Below are positions 26,607-36,077 of a DNA stretch of 64,000 nucleotides, one piece after another. The notes beneath the pieces were generated by a model. It saw only the letters and a program-made list of their open reading frames with translations, was not told the DNA's origin and did not search any database. Numbering within the stretch: the first letter of the stretch is position 1; the number at the start of each line of letters is the position of its first letter. The position numbers and the translations under genes were made by a program. Source of the stretch: an uncultured bacterium (GTDB taxonomy: Bacteria; Fidelibacterota; Marinisomatia; SCGC-AAA003-L08; JACNLC01). The stretch spans positions 6,421 through 70,420 of the forward strand of contig CAYPCW010000003.1 of the NCBI GenBank assembly GCA_964409335.1. The letters are read 5' to 3'.

Positions 26607-28027
26607 TATTCTCTCCTATCTACAACCGAAGCCATCATTTCAGCTTCAGCCACGACTTCACCATCCACCGTAGCTATTCCTTTTATTTTGCAGGTTCCCA
26701 TCCTGAATTTAACCAGAGTGACCTCGAACTCAACCTGATCTCCCGGTACAACGATTTTTCTGAATCTCGTATTGTCAATTGCAGTAAAATACATGAGTTT
26801 TGTTTTCGGATTGGGAATTGAATTTAAAACTAAAAAGCCACCTGCCTGTGCCATAGCTTCGAGGATCAATACGCCGGGCATCACGGGTTGGCCTGGAAAA
26901 TGCCCCTGAAAAAAAGGCTCGTTCATGGTGACATTTTTAATTGCATGGACAATTCTGCCAGGTTCTACGTCTAATATTCTATCAACCAACAAGAATGGAT
27001 ACCGGTGAGGCATGATCTGAAGGATTGCCTGAATATCAAATTTTACTTTCGAATCTTTTTGGCGGAGTTTCTTTTCCTTGATCTTTTTACCATATACCTG
27101 TTTGATCCGTTTTACCAGTTCTACGTTTGCCGCATGACCGCTTCTCGCAGCGATGACATGCCCACGTATTGGAATTCCCAATAATGATAAGTCGCCAATC
27201 AGATCCACCACTTTATGCCGGACAGGTTCGTTTGAAAACCGCAATTTGACACCGTTCATTATTCCATTTTCACCGGCAAAAATGTCGCTTTTGATGTTAA
27301 ACATTTTCCGGATAGTCTCAATTTCAGTTGATTTCACTTCCCGGTCGAGAAACACAAGCGCGTTATCTATACCACCGCCCATGATCAGACCCAATTCTTT
27401 CAGTTCGCGAATTTCGGAAAAAAAACAAAACGTCCGGGCGGGAGCGAACCGATGGATAAAATCATCTTCCAGAGAATACATCGCCGTATATTGAGTTCCT
27501 AAGGAGGGAAATTTATAATCGGTCATAAACGTGATTCGAAATTTGTCAGAAGGGAGTACGTGTATATCAACTCCACGCTCGGGATCGCTATAAGTGATGG
27601 TTTGGTCGATGATCAATTCATCGCGGTGAGCGCTCTGTTCAACGATCGTCGCATCCAGCAGAATTTTAACAAAGGGCTGGGCGCTTCCATCCATCACCGG
27701 GGGTTCTTTATTGGTAAGTTCTATGAGAACATTATCAATTTGAAGCCCTACCACCGCAGCCATGACGTGTTCAACGGTATGAATCCTTACCCCATTCTGG
27801 CTGATGGTCGTTCCCCGTGAAATATCGATGACATGATCGATATCAGCTAAAATTTCAGGACTGTCTTTTAAATCAATCCGTTTAAACAGGATTCCGGAAT
27901 TGGGCGGTGCAGGTTTAAAGATAGCTGTGGAATCAACACCTGTATGAAGCCCGACGCCGCTAATTTTAACTTCCTTACCAATCGTTCGTTGATATTTGGA
28001 GTGTTGGTAATTAATTTTATCGTTCAA
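26606..28027 (-). CDS. lpxC/fabZ: bifunctional UDP-3-O-acyl-GlcNAc deacetylase / 3-hydroxyacyl-ACP dehydratase
   Basis: 473 aa. The N-terminal LpxC half ([24 protein letters not shown]) is fused to a FabZ hot-dog half ([28 protein letters not shown]). Confidence 0.9.
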   Translation of the reverse strand: MNDKINYQHSKYQRTIGKEVKISGVGLHTGVDSTAIFKPAPPNSGILFKRIDLKDSPEILADIDHVIDISRGTTISQNGVRIHTVEHVMAAVVGLQIDNVLIELTNKEPPVMDGSAQPFVKILLDATIVEQSAHRDELIIDQTITYSDPERGVDIHVLPSDKFRITFMTDYKFPSLGTQYTAMYSLEDDFIHRFAPARTFCFFSEIRELKELGLIMGGGIDNALVFLDREVKSTEIETIRKMFNIKSDIFAGENGIMNGVKLRFSNEPVRHKVVDLIGDLSLLGIPIRGHVIAARSGHAANVELVKRIKQVYGKKIKEKKLRQKDSKVKFDIQAILQIMPHRYPFLLVDRILDVEPGRIVHAIKNVTMNEPFFQGHFPGQPVMPGVLILEAMAQAGGFLVLNSIPNPKTKLMYFTAIDNTRFRKIVVPGDQVEFEVTLVKFRMGTCKIKGIATVDGEVVAEAEMMASVVDRRE

Positions 28028-29055
28028 TTTTTTCCCTTCGTTAACGCATCGAAACGATCTTCCAATGCTCGTAAACGCCGGGCAATTTCAGGCAGTTTTC
28101 GAATGACGACGTCCTGCCTTTTCTTTTCATAGTGAGGTCTTGCGGGGATACCGGAGATAAAAGATCCGGGAGGAACGGATTGCATCACAGCTGATTTTGA
28201 AGCAACCACGGATCGGTCGCCGATACGGATGTGATCAACGACACCCACCTGACCAGCCAGGGTTACAAAATCACCAATTTTTGTACTGCCGGCGATACCC
28301 ACCTGACCGGCAAAAAGACAACCCCTGCCAATTTCAACATTATGCGCAATTTGAATTCCGTTATCCAATTTTGTATTTTCATTTATAATTGTATCATGAA
28401 ATGTACCCCTGTCAACAGTACAATTTGCACCAATCCAGACATTATTTTTAATGATTACTTTACCAATTTGAGGAATTTTATAATGAATATCCTTCACCGT
28501 AACCCATCCAAACCCGTCGGCACCAATGACCGAACCGGCATCAATAGTCACATCCTCGCCGATGACACACGAGTGATAGATCGTTACATTAGGATGAAGT
28601 GTGCACCGGGCTCCGATGATACTTCCCTCACCAATGACAACATTCGCGCCAATGCAGGTATCGGCTCCGATGGATACGTTTTTCCCAATCACAGCATTGG
28701 GAAGTATGGTGCAGCTTTTCCCCAGTGATACATTTTCACCAATCACTGCGGTAGGATGAATCCCGTGAGCAGGGTTCGGTTTTGTACCAAACAGTTCAAG
28801 AACCAGGATCAGGGCAATATCCGGATTTTCAACTTTGATAGTGGTTTTTCCTTTAAGATCGAGATCAAACTTGCGATGTACAATTACCGCCGAGGAGGCG
28901 GATTCATTAAAATATCGGTCAAATTTTGTCGATCTGATGAAAGAGATGAATCCCGCTTTACCATCGTCGATACTGCACACGCCGGAAATCCTCAGATCAG
29001 GATCTCCCTGAATGATTCCACCAATTTTTTCTGCTATCTGCCGGACAGTGAACAA
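28024..29055 (-). CDS. lpxD: UDP-3-O-acylglucosamine N-acyltransferase
   Basis: 343 aa. Long left-handed beta-helix hexapeptide repeats, the N-terminal LpxD-type domain, and an IAHNV catalytic His region. ATGA-type overlap with lpxC/fabZ. Confidence 0.9.
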   Translation of the reverse strand: MFTVRQIAEKIGGIIQGDPDLRISGVCSIDDGKAGFISFIRSTKFDRYFNESASSAVIVHRKFDLDLKGKTTIKVENPDIALILVLELFGTKPNPAHGIHPTAVIGENVSLGKSCTILPNAVIGKNVSIGADTCIGANVVIGEGSIIGARCTLHPNVTIYHSCVIGEDVTIDAGSVIGADGFGWVTVKDIHYKIPQIGKVIIKNNVWIGANCTVDRGTFHDTIINENTKLDNGIQIAHNVEIGRGCLFAGQVGIAGSTKIGDFVTLAGQVGVVDHIRIGDRSVVASKSAVMQSVPPGSFISGIPARPHYEKKRQDVVIRKLPEIARRLRALEDRFDALTKGKN

Positions 29056-29067
29056 TACTGTAGAGAG

Positions 29068-29613
29068 CTAATTCCCCGTTCCCGGTGCCGGTGTTGCAGG
29101 TGCTTTCAACTCATCCAACACGAATTGGGTAAGATCGTGGGAATCCAACGCATAGACAATAGCGCCGGACACAGCGTCGAAAATATAATCATAACTTCTT
29201 TCAGCGCCAACTTTCTGAATTGCCGTATCGACCTTTTTCAGAACCGGCGCTAATAGCGTTCTTTGTTTTTCATAGATTTCACCACTGGGTCCAAACTTTT
29301 GAGTTTGAAAATTTTGGATATTGATTTCCATTTCTTTGATTTGGGCATTTGCTTCCTGCCGTCTCGTGTCGCTCATTAATAAACTTTGTTTGGTAAACTC
29401 GGTTTTCACACTGTCTAATTGTGCCACAAGTTTGTTAAAGTCAGTTTCCATTTTCCTCTGTTCTTTTTCAACGGCTGCCTGAACGATGGCAACTTCTGAA
29501 TACTCGTTCATTATTCTATTTGAGTCTATGTAACCGATTTTCATTTCAGCAAAAATCAAAGCCGGGAATACAAATATTGCCCCCACCAAGGCTGTTTTTA
29601 TGTACCTATTCAT
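29068..29613 (-). CDS. skp: OmpH/Skp family periplasmic chaperone
   Basis: 181 aa. Signal peptide, coiled-coil-rich sequence, conserved position between bamA and lpxD. Confidence 0.8.
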   Translation of the reverse strand: MNRYIKTALVGAIFVFPALIFAEMKIGYIDSNRIMNEYSEVAIVQAAVEKEQRKMETDFNKLVAQLDSVKTEFTKQSLLMSDTRRQEANAQIKEMEINIQNFQTQKFGPSGEIYEKQRTLLAPVLKKVDTAIQKVGAERSYDYIFDAVSGAIVYALDSHDLTQFVLDELKAPATPAPGTGN

Positions 29614-29632
29614 TTTTTCTCCTCGTAATTAA

Positions 29633-32056
29633 TTAAAATGGCATCCCAAAAAGGATATGATAATTCCAGCCCTGTGGTCTGTTGTCGCCATCTACAATGG
29701 TATCATCAAACCCATATCCCATATCAAAACCAATCATCCCAAGCATTGGCATGAACATTCGTATCCCAATCCCAGCAGACCGTTTAAGTTGAAATGGATC
29801 AACATTGTCAAAGTCATTCCATACATTACCCAATTCGGCAAACATAAGGGTGTAAACGGTTGGATTTTCAGATATTAGAAATCTCATTTCCAGGGTATAT
29901 TTGAGAATGATGTCTCCTCCTAGAGGGCTGTATACGCCCATAGGACCGACGGTATTATCGTCATATCCTCGGAGCATTTCACCATAGGGTATTCCGCTTC
30001 CTCCCATGAAGAATTTTGCACTGGGCGGGATAACCGAGCGTTGGGAATTTTTTTCAGGGAGTGATTTTAACACTCCCATCTTCATATTTTGCCTTAACAC
30101 TACTTTTTTATAAAAGGGAGAATAGAAATCAAAATCAAGTTCGTGTTTATGATAATCTTCATCTCCTCCGATTACCCCGCCTGAGTAGGTTGATGACCAG
30201 GAAAAAAGCGAGCCGGCGGATGGAAATTCAGGATGATTCCGGCTATCCCTTGTAATGGTTTGAAGGAAAGATATACCGGATGAACTGAATGTAAAGGCAT
30301 TTCCCTCGTCTTTGATAAGATTTGCAATCCCGGTGGAAAAATAATCTAAAAGGTCGGATTCTGAACTCGCGAAATATTTATTTTTTGTCGTCCGAAGCAT
30401 CCAGCTACCCCGGAAGAAATAGTCTGGCCATTTGAATCGTCTTCCCCATCTCACAGACCCGCCTGAAGACCGAATATCAAATGGCAGGTAAGATCCCTGC
30501 CCCTGCCCGCGCTCTTGTAAATAGTACGAAATACCCATCAGATTTGGAGTATCAAATACCCAGGGGTCTACAAAACTTAATGAAAATGACTGATAGTCCG
30601 TTGTGTTCGTCGAGGTGTAACTGGTCAGTGAAGACAATTGATTATTGGATGTGCTTGATCCGATTCCCCGCTGATAATTGACGGATAAGGTTTGTCCACG
30701 ACCCCTGAAGTTTCGAAATTCAACCCCACCGCCACCGGTTAATCCATAAGTTCCGTTATAACCCATTGAAAAATTTGCCCGGTCAGCGCTTTTTTCTTTT
30801 ACATCCAAAAGGATATCAATCTGATCTTCACCCACAGGAGCCACATCCGGTTTTACAGTTTCGAAATACTCAAGCATGATGATATCTCGATAGCTGTCGA
30901 TCAGTTTCTGCCGGTTAAAAATATCACCGGGGAACATTCGAAGTTCCCTGCGAATAACATTTTCATGGGTTTTATCATTCCCCGTAATATTAATTTTTCT
31001 GATCTTCACGATCTGATTTTCAACAATGGTAAAATGAACGTCCAGCAAATTTTCGCCTACCGGTATGATCTTAGGGTCGATCATAAAATGGAAATACCCC
31101 TGATCCATATACAAAGGACTTACAGATTCTGAAATCGCCAGGTTAAACTTTTCTTCATTATATGGATCGCCTTTTGAAAAACCCAAATGTGCGGCTAATT
31201 CTTCAGTAGAATGGACATGGTTCCCTTCCCAGGTAATATCCCGGAAAAAATATTTTGGTCCTTCATACACATTCAAGCGGATCTCAAGTCCTTTTTTATT
31301 TTCTGCCAAACCGATATTTTCATCGATGACACGAAAATCGCGGTATCCTTTTTCATGGTAAAATGCCGCAAGGTTTTTTAAATCTTCATCATATTTTGTT
31401 TTATCAAATCCACCCCGCCATGGCAGATACCATTTTTTGGGGGTTGAATTTTTTAATTTTCTGATAATCTTAAGATCAGATACGGCGGAATTTCCTTCGA
31501 TGATGATTTTGGTAATCTTGGTTTTTTTATTTTCTTTAATTGTAATATTCAGTTTTTTTGAATGCATTAATTTACCATTGATCAGATCAGTGGTTATTTC
31601 TGCATTATGATAATGATTTTTCTCGTATTCTTTCCAAATCGCACGGACAGCATTAAAAATATTCCGTTCAGAAATCAGTTGACCTTTGTTGAGATTTACT
31701 GCATCTTCAAGGGTTGAACGTGATAATTTTTTATTCCCAAAAAATTCAAAGGATTCTAAAATGGGTAACTCGACAACGACAATTCTAAGAAGTACACCGT
31801 CTTCAGTTTCTTCATCAACGAATACCTGAACATCGCTGAATTGATTTAGATTCCACAACGTTTTAATCCCTTTTTGAATATCTTCAAAATCGATTTCCCG
31901 GCTCTCATACAATCTTGAACTGCGGATGACATCATCGGGTGCCAGACGTTCTGTACCTTCTACCACTACTGACAATATTTTTACTTTTTGAACCTGGTTA
32001 AATATCGGCGTGCACAATAAAAACAGGGAAATGAGTAAATATTTAATGGATAACAT
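29633..32056 (-). CDS. bamA: outer membrane protein assembly factor BamA
   Basis: 807 aa. Signal peptide, POTRA-like N-terminal repeats, an Omp85 barrel with RGY-type motif (MLRGYDDN), and a terminal aromatic ...FGMPF. Confidence 0.9.
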   Translation of the reverse strand: MLSIKYLLISLFLLCTPIFNQVQKVKILSVVVEGTERLAPDDVIRSSRLYESREIDFEDIQKGIKTLWNLNQFSDVQVFVDEETEDGVLLRIVVVELPILESFEFFGNKKLSRSTLEDAVNLNKGQLISERNIFNAVRAIWKEYEKNHYHNAEITTDLINGKLMHSKKLNITIKENKKTKITKIIIEGNSAVSDLKIIRKLKNSTPKKWYLPWRGGFDKTKYDEDLKNLAAFYHEKGYRDFRVIDENIGLAENKKGLEIRLNVYEGPKYFFRDITWEGNHVHSTEELAAHLGFSKGDPYNEEKFNLAISESVSPLYMDQGYFHFMIDPKIIPVGENLLDVHFTIVENQIVKIRKINITGNDKTHENVIRRELRMFPGDIFNRQKLIDSYRDIIMLEYFETVKPDVAPVGEDQIDILLDVKEKSADRANFSMGYNGTYGLTGGGGVEFRNFRGRGQTLSVNYQRGIGSSTSNNQLSSLTSYTSTNTTDYQSFSLSFVDPWVFDTPNLMGISYYLQERGQGQGSYLPFDIRSSGGSVRWGRRFKWPDYFFRGSWMLRTTKNKYFASSESDLLDYFSTGIANLIKDEGNAFTFSSSGISFLQTITRDSRNHPEFPSAGSLFSWSSTYSGGVIGGDEDYHKHELDFDFYSPFYKKVVLRQNMKMGVLKSLPEKNSQRSVIPPSAKFFMGGSGIPYGEMLRGYDDNTVGPMGVYSPLGGDIILKYTLEMRFLISENPTVYTLMFAELGNVWNDFDNVDPFQLKRSAGIGIRMFMPMLGMIGFDMGYGFDDTIVDGDNRPQGWNYHILFGMPF

Positions 32057-32804
32057 CCTTTTTTATTTGTTCGCTTGTTTTTCCAAATCTTCTTTCACGT
32101 GTCTGGTAATTCAGAATGCAGTATTCCAGATCTTCTTTTGAAAATTCCGGCCAATATTTAGGATATATAATTATTTCTGAATAGGCAATCTGCCAAAGCA
32201 TAAAATTACTTACCCGGGATTCTCCGCCTGTTCTAATCAGCAAATCCGGATCCGGCAGGTCAAAAGTGTAAAGGTATTTTTCAAAGATATTTTCATCGAT
32301 ATCATCAGGGTTAAGTTCCCCACTTTTCACCAGCCCGGCAATTTTTTTTGACGCGTTGACAATTTCCTGCCTGCTGCCATAATTGAAAGCCAGGTTGAGG
32401 GTCAGCCCAGTATTCGCGGATGTAGATGCAATACCGGCTTCCAGTTCTGACACAACGGTTTTCGACAGTGCCTTTTTACACCCGATCATTCGAAGCTGAA
32501 CATTATTTTTATTTAAATCGCTCAGTTCATTCTTTAATGATTTGATAAATAATTGCATCAATGCGCTGACTTCGGAAGAGGGACGGTACCAATTTTCGGA
32601 TGAGAATGTGAATAAGGTCAGGGTGCCAATACCTAATTCACCGGCGGCTTCGGTGACCCGTCTCACAGCTCTGACCCCTTCATTATGTCCGGCAATCCTG
32701 GGAAGCCGTCTTTCATGAGCCCATCGGCCATTACCATCCATAATGATTGCAATGTGCTGTGGTAATTTTTCTGGTATAATTTTGTCCTTAGTTGATCTTT
32801 TCAC
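32043..32804 (-). CDS. uppS: isoprenyl transferase (undecaprenyl diphosphate synthase)
   Basis: 253 aa. HIAIIMDGNGRWA, TLFTFSSENW and RTGGE.R.SNF motifs. Confidence 0.95.
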   Translation of the reverse strand: MKRSTKDKIIPEKLPQHIAIIMDGNGRWAHERRLPRIAGHNEGVRAVRRVTEAAGELGIGTLTLFTFSSENWYRPSSEVSALMQLFIKSLKNELSDLNKNNVQLRMIGCKKALSKTVVSELEAGIASTSANTGLTLNLAFNYGSRQEIVNASKKIAGLVKSGELNPDDIDENIFEKYLYTFDLPDPDLLIRTGGESRVSNFMLWQIAYSEIIIYPKYWPEFSKEDLEYCILNYQTRERRFGKTSEQIKKDVIH

Positions 32805-32897
32805 TTTTATTGATTGGAATTTTAGCTAAATAAGTTAGTTAACTTTTTTGATCTTATCAACCAGATTGAGTGGTAGCCGTCATGGTCTGTGGAATGA

Positions 32898-33941
32898 TCA
32901 CCGGATTAATTTAATTAGCTTTTCGGATATATCGGTATAGATTTTTGTAATGATAGAATCCGGGAATTTTAAAACGTAGGGAGAACCGGTATCCGTTGAA
33001 AACGCCAGATCTGGAGACAGGTGAATCTGTCCAAGTAACGGTACATTTAACCTTTCACTTTCTTCCTGCCCACCATTTCCCGGAAATATTTGAGTGATCT
33101 CCTCACAATGCGGACATTGGAAATGGGTCATATTTTCAATAATTCCCAGAACCGGTGTATTCACCTTCCGGAACATATCAGCTCCTTTTTGAACATCCTT
33201 CACGGCGAGGTCCTGGGGTGTCGTTACAATCACCGCCCCTGTCAGGGCGACTCTCTGAACGAGCGTCAACTGAATATCCCCCGTACCCGGTGGAAGATCA
33301 AGAATAAGAAAATCCAATTTTCCCCACTCCACTTCATCAAAAAATTGTTGAGTCATACGGGCGACCATCGGACCTCGCCAGATGGTGGGAGAAGCGTTGC
33401 CGCTGATGAATCCAAATGACATCAGTTTCATCCCGAATTTTTCAATCGGCGTGATCTTCTTTTGTTCAGTAAGTCTGGGTGCATCGTTAATACCCGTTAC
33501 CGAAGGCAAACTTGGACCATAAATATCGAGATCAAGCAAGCCGACTTTGTATTGTTTAGACAAGGTTGCAGCCAGGTTGATGGCAACGGTTGATTTCCCC
33601 ACTCCGCCCTTACCACTTGCCACGGCAATAATATATTTTATATTCGGGAATTCCCCCTTCTGAAGCTCGGATGTCCGTGTTTGCAACCCTTGTTTTTCAT
33701 CTTCAGGTTGTATGATAAATACCCCGACATTGGCAAATTGCGTATTTTTCTGAATAACGAGTTCAATCTCTTTTCGTAATTGGTCCTTAATTTTTTGCTC
33801 ATTTGAAGATAGGGATAAAGTTATGTGTACCGTTTCTTTTTCGACGTTTACATCCTTTACCATACCAAATGAAACAATATCACGGGAGAATCCCGGATAT
33901 TTTATACGTGCCAATAGTTTGAGGATATTTTCTTTATACAT
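32898..33941 (-). CDS. Mrp/NBP35 (ApbC) family iron-sulfur cluster carrier ATPase
   Basis: 347 aa. N-terminal DUF59-like domain, deviant Walker A VASGKGGVGKST, and the CPHC cluster-ligand motif. Confidence 0.9.
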   Translation of the reverse strand: MYKENILKLLARIKYPGFSRDIVSFGMVKDVNVEKETVHITLSLSSNEQKIKDQLRKEIELVIQKNTQFANVGVFIIQPEDEKQGLQTRTSELQKGEFPNIKYIIAVASGKGGVGKSTVAINLAATLSKQYKVGLLDLDIYGPSLPSVTGINDAPRLTEQKKITPIEKFGMKLMSFGFISGNASPTIWRGPMVARMTQQFFDEVEWGKLDFLILDLPPGTGDIQLTLVQRVALTGAVIVTTPQDLAVKDVQKGADMFRKVNTPVLGIIENMTHFQCPHCEEITQIFPGNGGQEESERLNVPLLGQIHLSPDLAFSTDTGSPYVLKFPDSIITKIYTDISEKLIKLIR

Positions 33942-34023
33942 GATATGGTTTTAGACTCTACCTGGTTATTCGCTATGATTTTGATCCTAAATAAAATTAA
34001 AAATAAATTCGTCAAATGAAACA

Positions 34024-34051
34024 AACGGCTATCTTATATAAGATAGCCGTT
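34024..34051 (-). terminator. candidate intrinsic terminator (perfect 28-nt palindrome) after the ferredoxin gene
   Basis: AACGGCTATCTTAT|ATAAGATAGCCGTT is a perfect palindrome. On the minus strand it is followed by TGTTTCATTT. It lies 35 nt after the ferredoxin stop. Confidence 0.5.
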
Positions 34052-34085
34052 GCACCTAAAGGTTGAATATCGCTTGTCTTTAGAT

Positions 34086-34367
34086 TTAACCGTTATATTC
34101 TATGCCATAATGGTCGTAATTCTTTTTGATCCAGTGATTCCACTCTTCCGGGACTGCATCTTCCTCAAAAATTGCTTCCACGGGACACTCAGGTTCGCAC
34201 GCGCCACAATCAATACATTCCTCGGGATGGATGTACAGTGTATGTCCTTCGGGGTCCATTCCCTTTTCCCATTTTGGGTCGTCAGGATGGATACAATCCA
34301 CTGGACAAACCTCAACACAAGCAGTGTCACAAGTACCAAGACAAGGTTCAGCGATAATATAGGCCAA
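34086..34367 (-). CDS. ferredoxin (two-cluster, FdxA-like)
   Basis: 93 aa. The second cluster has the classical motif [12 protein letters not shown]. The first cluster region is [17 protein letters not shown]. The AYIIAEPC start is typical of 7Fe-type ferredoxins. Confidence 0.85.
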   Translation of the reverse strand: MAYIIAEPCLGTCDTACVEVCPVDCIHPDDPKWEKGMDPEGHTLYIHPEECIDCGACEPECPVEAIFEEDAVPEEWNHWIKKNYDHYGIEYNG

Positions 34368-34545
34368 TTTTTTCTCCTAACTAGATTAAAACTAAATTAT
34401 ATCATAAAAACAACCTTTTAAATTACACTGTTGTTCAGGGCACCACAAAAATAAATTATAGACATAACCATGTCCTGATAAGATGCGATAAATTATTAAA
34501 ATGGAATTATAGAATTATAATATTAAACAGTCACTGACCAAAATT

Positions 34546-35781
34546 TTGGATATGGAAAAATCGATTCTCAAAAACAAAAATATCATCCTTCTTTGGGTAG
34601 GGCATCTTATTTCTCATGCGGGTGACTCAATTTACATGATCGCGTTACCATGGTTGATTCTTGATTTAACAGGTTCTAAAAGCACTACATCCTTAACCAC
34701 AGCGAGCGGATATCTTCCAGCTATTTTGTTTGGATTGATTGCAGGTTCCATTGCGGATAAATATCCTCGAAAATATGTTATGATCACCAGTGATATTTTA
34801 CGTTCGTTTTTCGTAGCATTCGTTCCCATATTGCTGATTACCGGCCGGGCAACCTCGTTACTTATAGGAATGATCACCTTTATCGTGGCTTCCCTTGCAA
34901 CCCCATTTTATCCAGCACGGGATTCGCTGATCCCGGATCTGGTCTCCCCTAGCCAGTTAACCAGCGCAAATACCATCATCTCAACATCTGGTCAGATGGC
35001 TCATTTACTCGGTCCATTTCTGGCAGGTATACTGGTAGCCACCGTTGGCATCACGCATCTCTTCACCATTGATGCACTTTCATTTTCGGTATCATTGATT
35101 TGTATTTCATTTTTAAAGCCTTCAGGTCAATCCATGTCTGAAAGTCGTCCTCAAACATACACCCAATCGGTAAAATCCGGTATTCTTTTCATCACTAAAC
35201 GCAAAGATATAGAATCGCTTATCCTCATTACAGCCGTTAATAATTTTTTTATTATGGGGCTGGCAATTATCGGGATCCCGGTGTATGTCCGTGAAATTCT
35301 GGACAATCAATTCTCAACATTAGCTATTCTGGAAACTTCGATGGCGGCAGGAATGGTACTGGGTTCAGTCATTATTTGGAAATTCTTAAGCGGTATTTCT
35401 CCGGTCAAAATTTTATTAACAGGAATCATATTAGATGGTTTAACCTACTGTCTGATCTATTTTACTCATACCAGCTACATTGCATATTTTTTCCTGTTTG
35501 TCCATGGCATAGGAATCCCGATGATCACGATTTCACGGACACTTATTATTCAGTTTTCCATTGAAAATAAATATCTTGGACGAATTTTTTCATTAGTAAA
35601 TATGTCCGTCATGGGCACGACAACTGTTTCGGTTGTGGCTATGGGTTTTATTTTGGAGTGGATCCATGTCCAATGGATATTTTTGATTTTTGGATTACTG
35701 GCTGCAGGATGTTCGGTATTGGGTTTGTTTTCTAAATCCTTTATGAAATTAAAATTTTTATCAAATTTAAATTTATTGTAA
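34546..35781 (+). CDS. MFS transporter
   Basis: 411 aa with about 12 predicted TM helices and an MFS loop motif-like DKYPRKYV. Start may be TTG 34546 or ATG 34552. Confidence 0.75.
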   Translation: MDMEKSILKNKNIILLWVGHLISHAGDSIYMIALPWLILDLTGSKSTTSLTTASGYLPAILFGLIAGSIADKYPRKYVMITSDILRSFFVAFVPILLITGRATSLLIGMITFIVASLATPFYPARDSLIPDLVSPSQLTSANTIISTSGQMAHLLGPFLAGILVATVGITHLFTIDALSFSVSLICISFLKPSGQSMSESRPQTYTQSVKSGILFITKRKDIESLILITAVNNFFIMGLAIIGIPVYVREILDNQFSTLAILETSMAAGMVLGSVIIWKFLSGISPVKILLTGIILDGLTYCLIYFTHTSYIAYFFLFVHGIGIPMITISRTLIIQFSIENKYLGRIFSLVNMSVMGTTTVSVVAMGFILEWIHVQWIFLIFGLLAAGCSVLGLFSKSFMKLKFLSNLNLL

Positions 35782-36077
35782 TACTGATGTTGTTCAATTA
35801 TAAATTGAAAGACGAAAATCAGAAAGTTTAATGCTATTTGATTTGTTTTATCTGCGAGAAAAGGAAGATAATTTTTTTATTTTATTTATTTTTTGAAATA
35901 ACTGATTTAACAAAAACTTGATTTTTTTTGTTATACATTTTTGTTAATAATTTTTGTTTAATTTTTTCTTATCATTTTGTTTCCTCATCCTTTCCGCCTA
36001 AAATAATACCTGCATTAAATTATCTGAAACATTTTGGATATGTTTCGATATCCAATAATAATAAGTATTGGTAATAA
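35782..36077 (+). promoter_or_regulatory. AT-rich T-tract promoter/leader region of rng-rplU-rpmA with an 8-bp stem hairpin
   Basis: 296 nt without an ORF, visibly far more AT-rich than the flanks, with repeated TTTTTGTT(A/T)A units. Hairpin TTGGATAT-GTTTCG-ATATCCAA at 36034-36055, 22 nt before the rng ATG. Confidence 0.35.

Noticed and set aside
28197-29253. Three plus-strand ORFs (63, 165 and 165 aa) antisense to lpxD/skp
   Set aside because: Hexapeptide-repeat genes typically generate long open antisense frames. No motifs were seen, and the lpxD call is secure.
34050-34421. 123-aa plus-strand ORF and two alternative-frame ORFs overlapping the ferredoxin gene
   Set aside because: Only the 93-aa minus-strand frame carries the CxxCxxCxxxCP cluster motifs. 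The others are overlaps without features.
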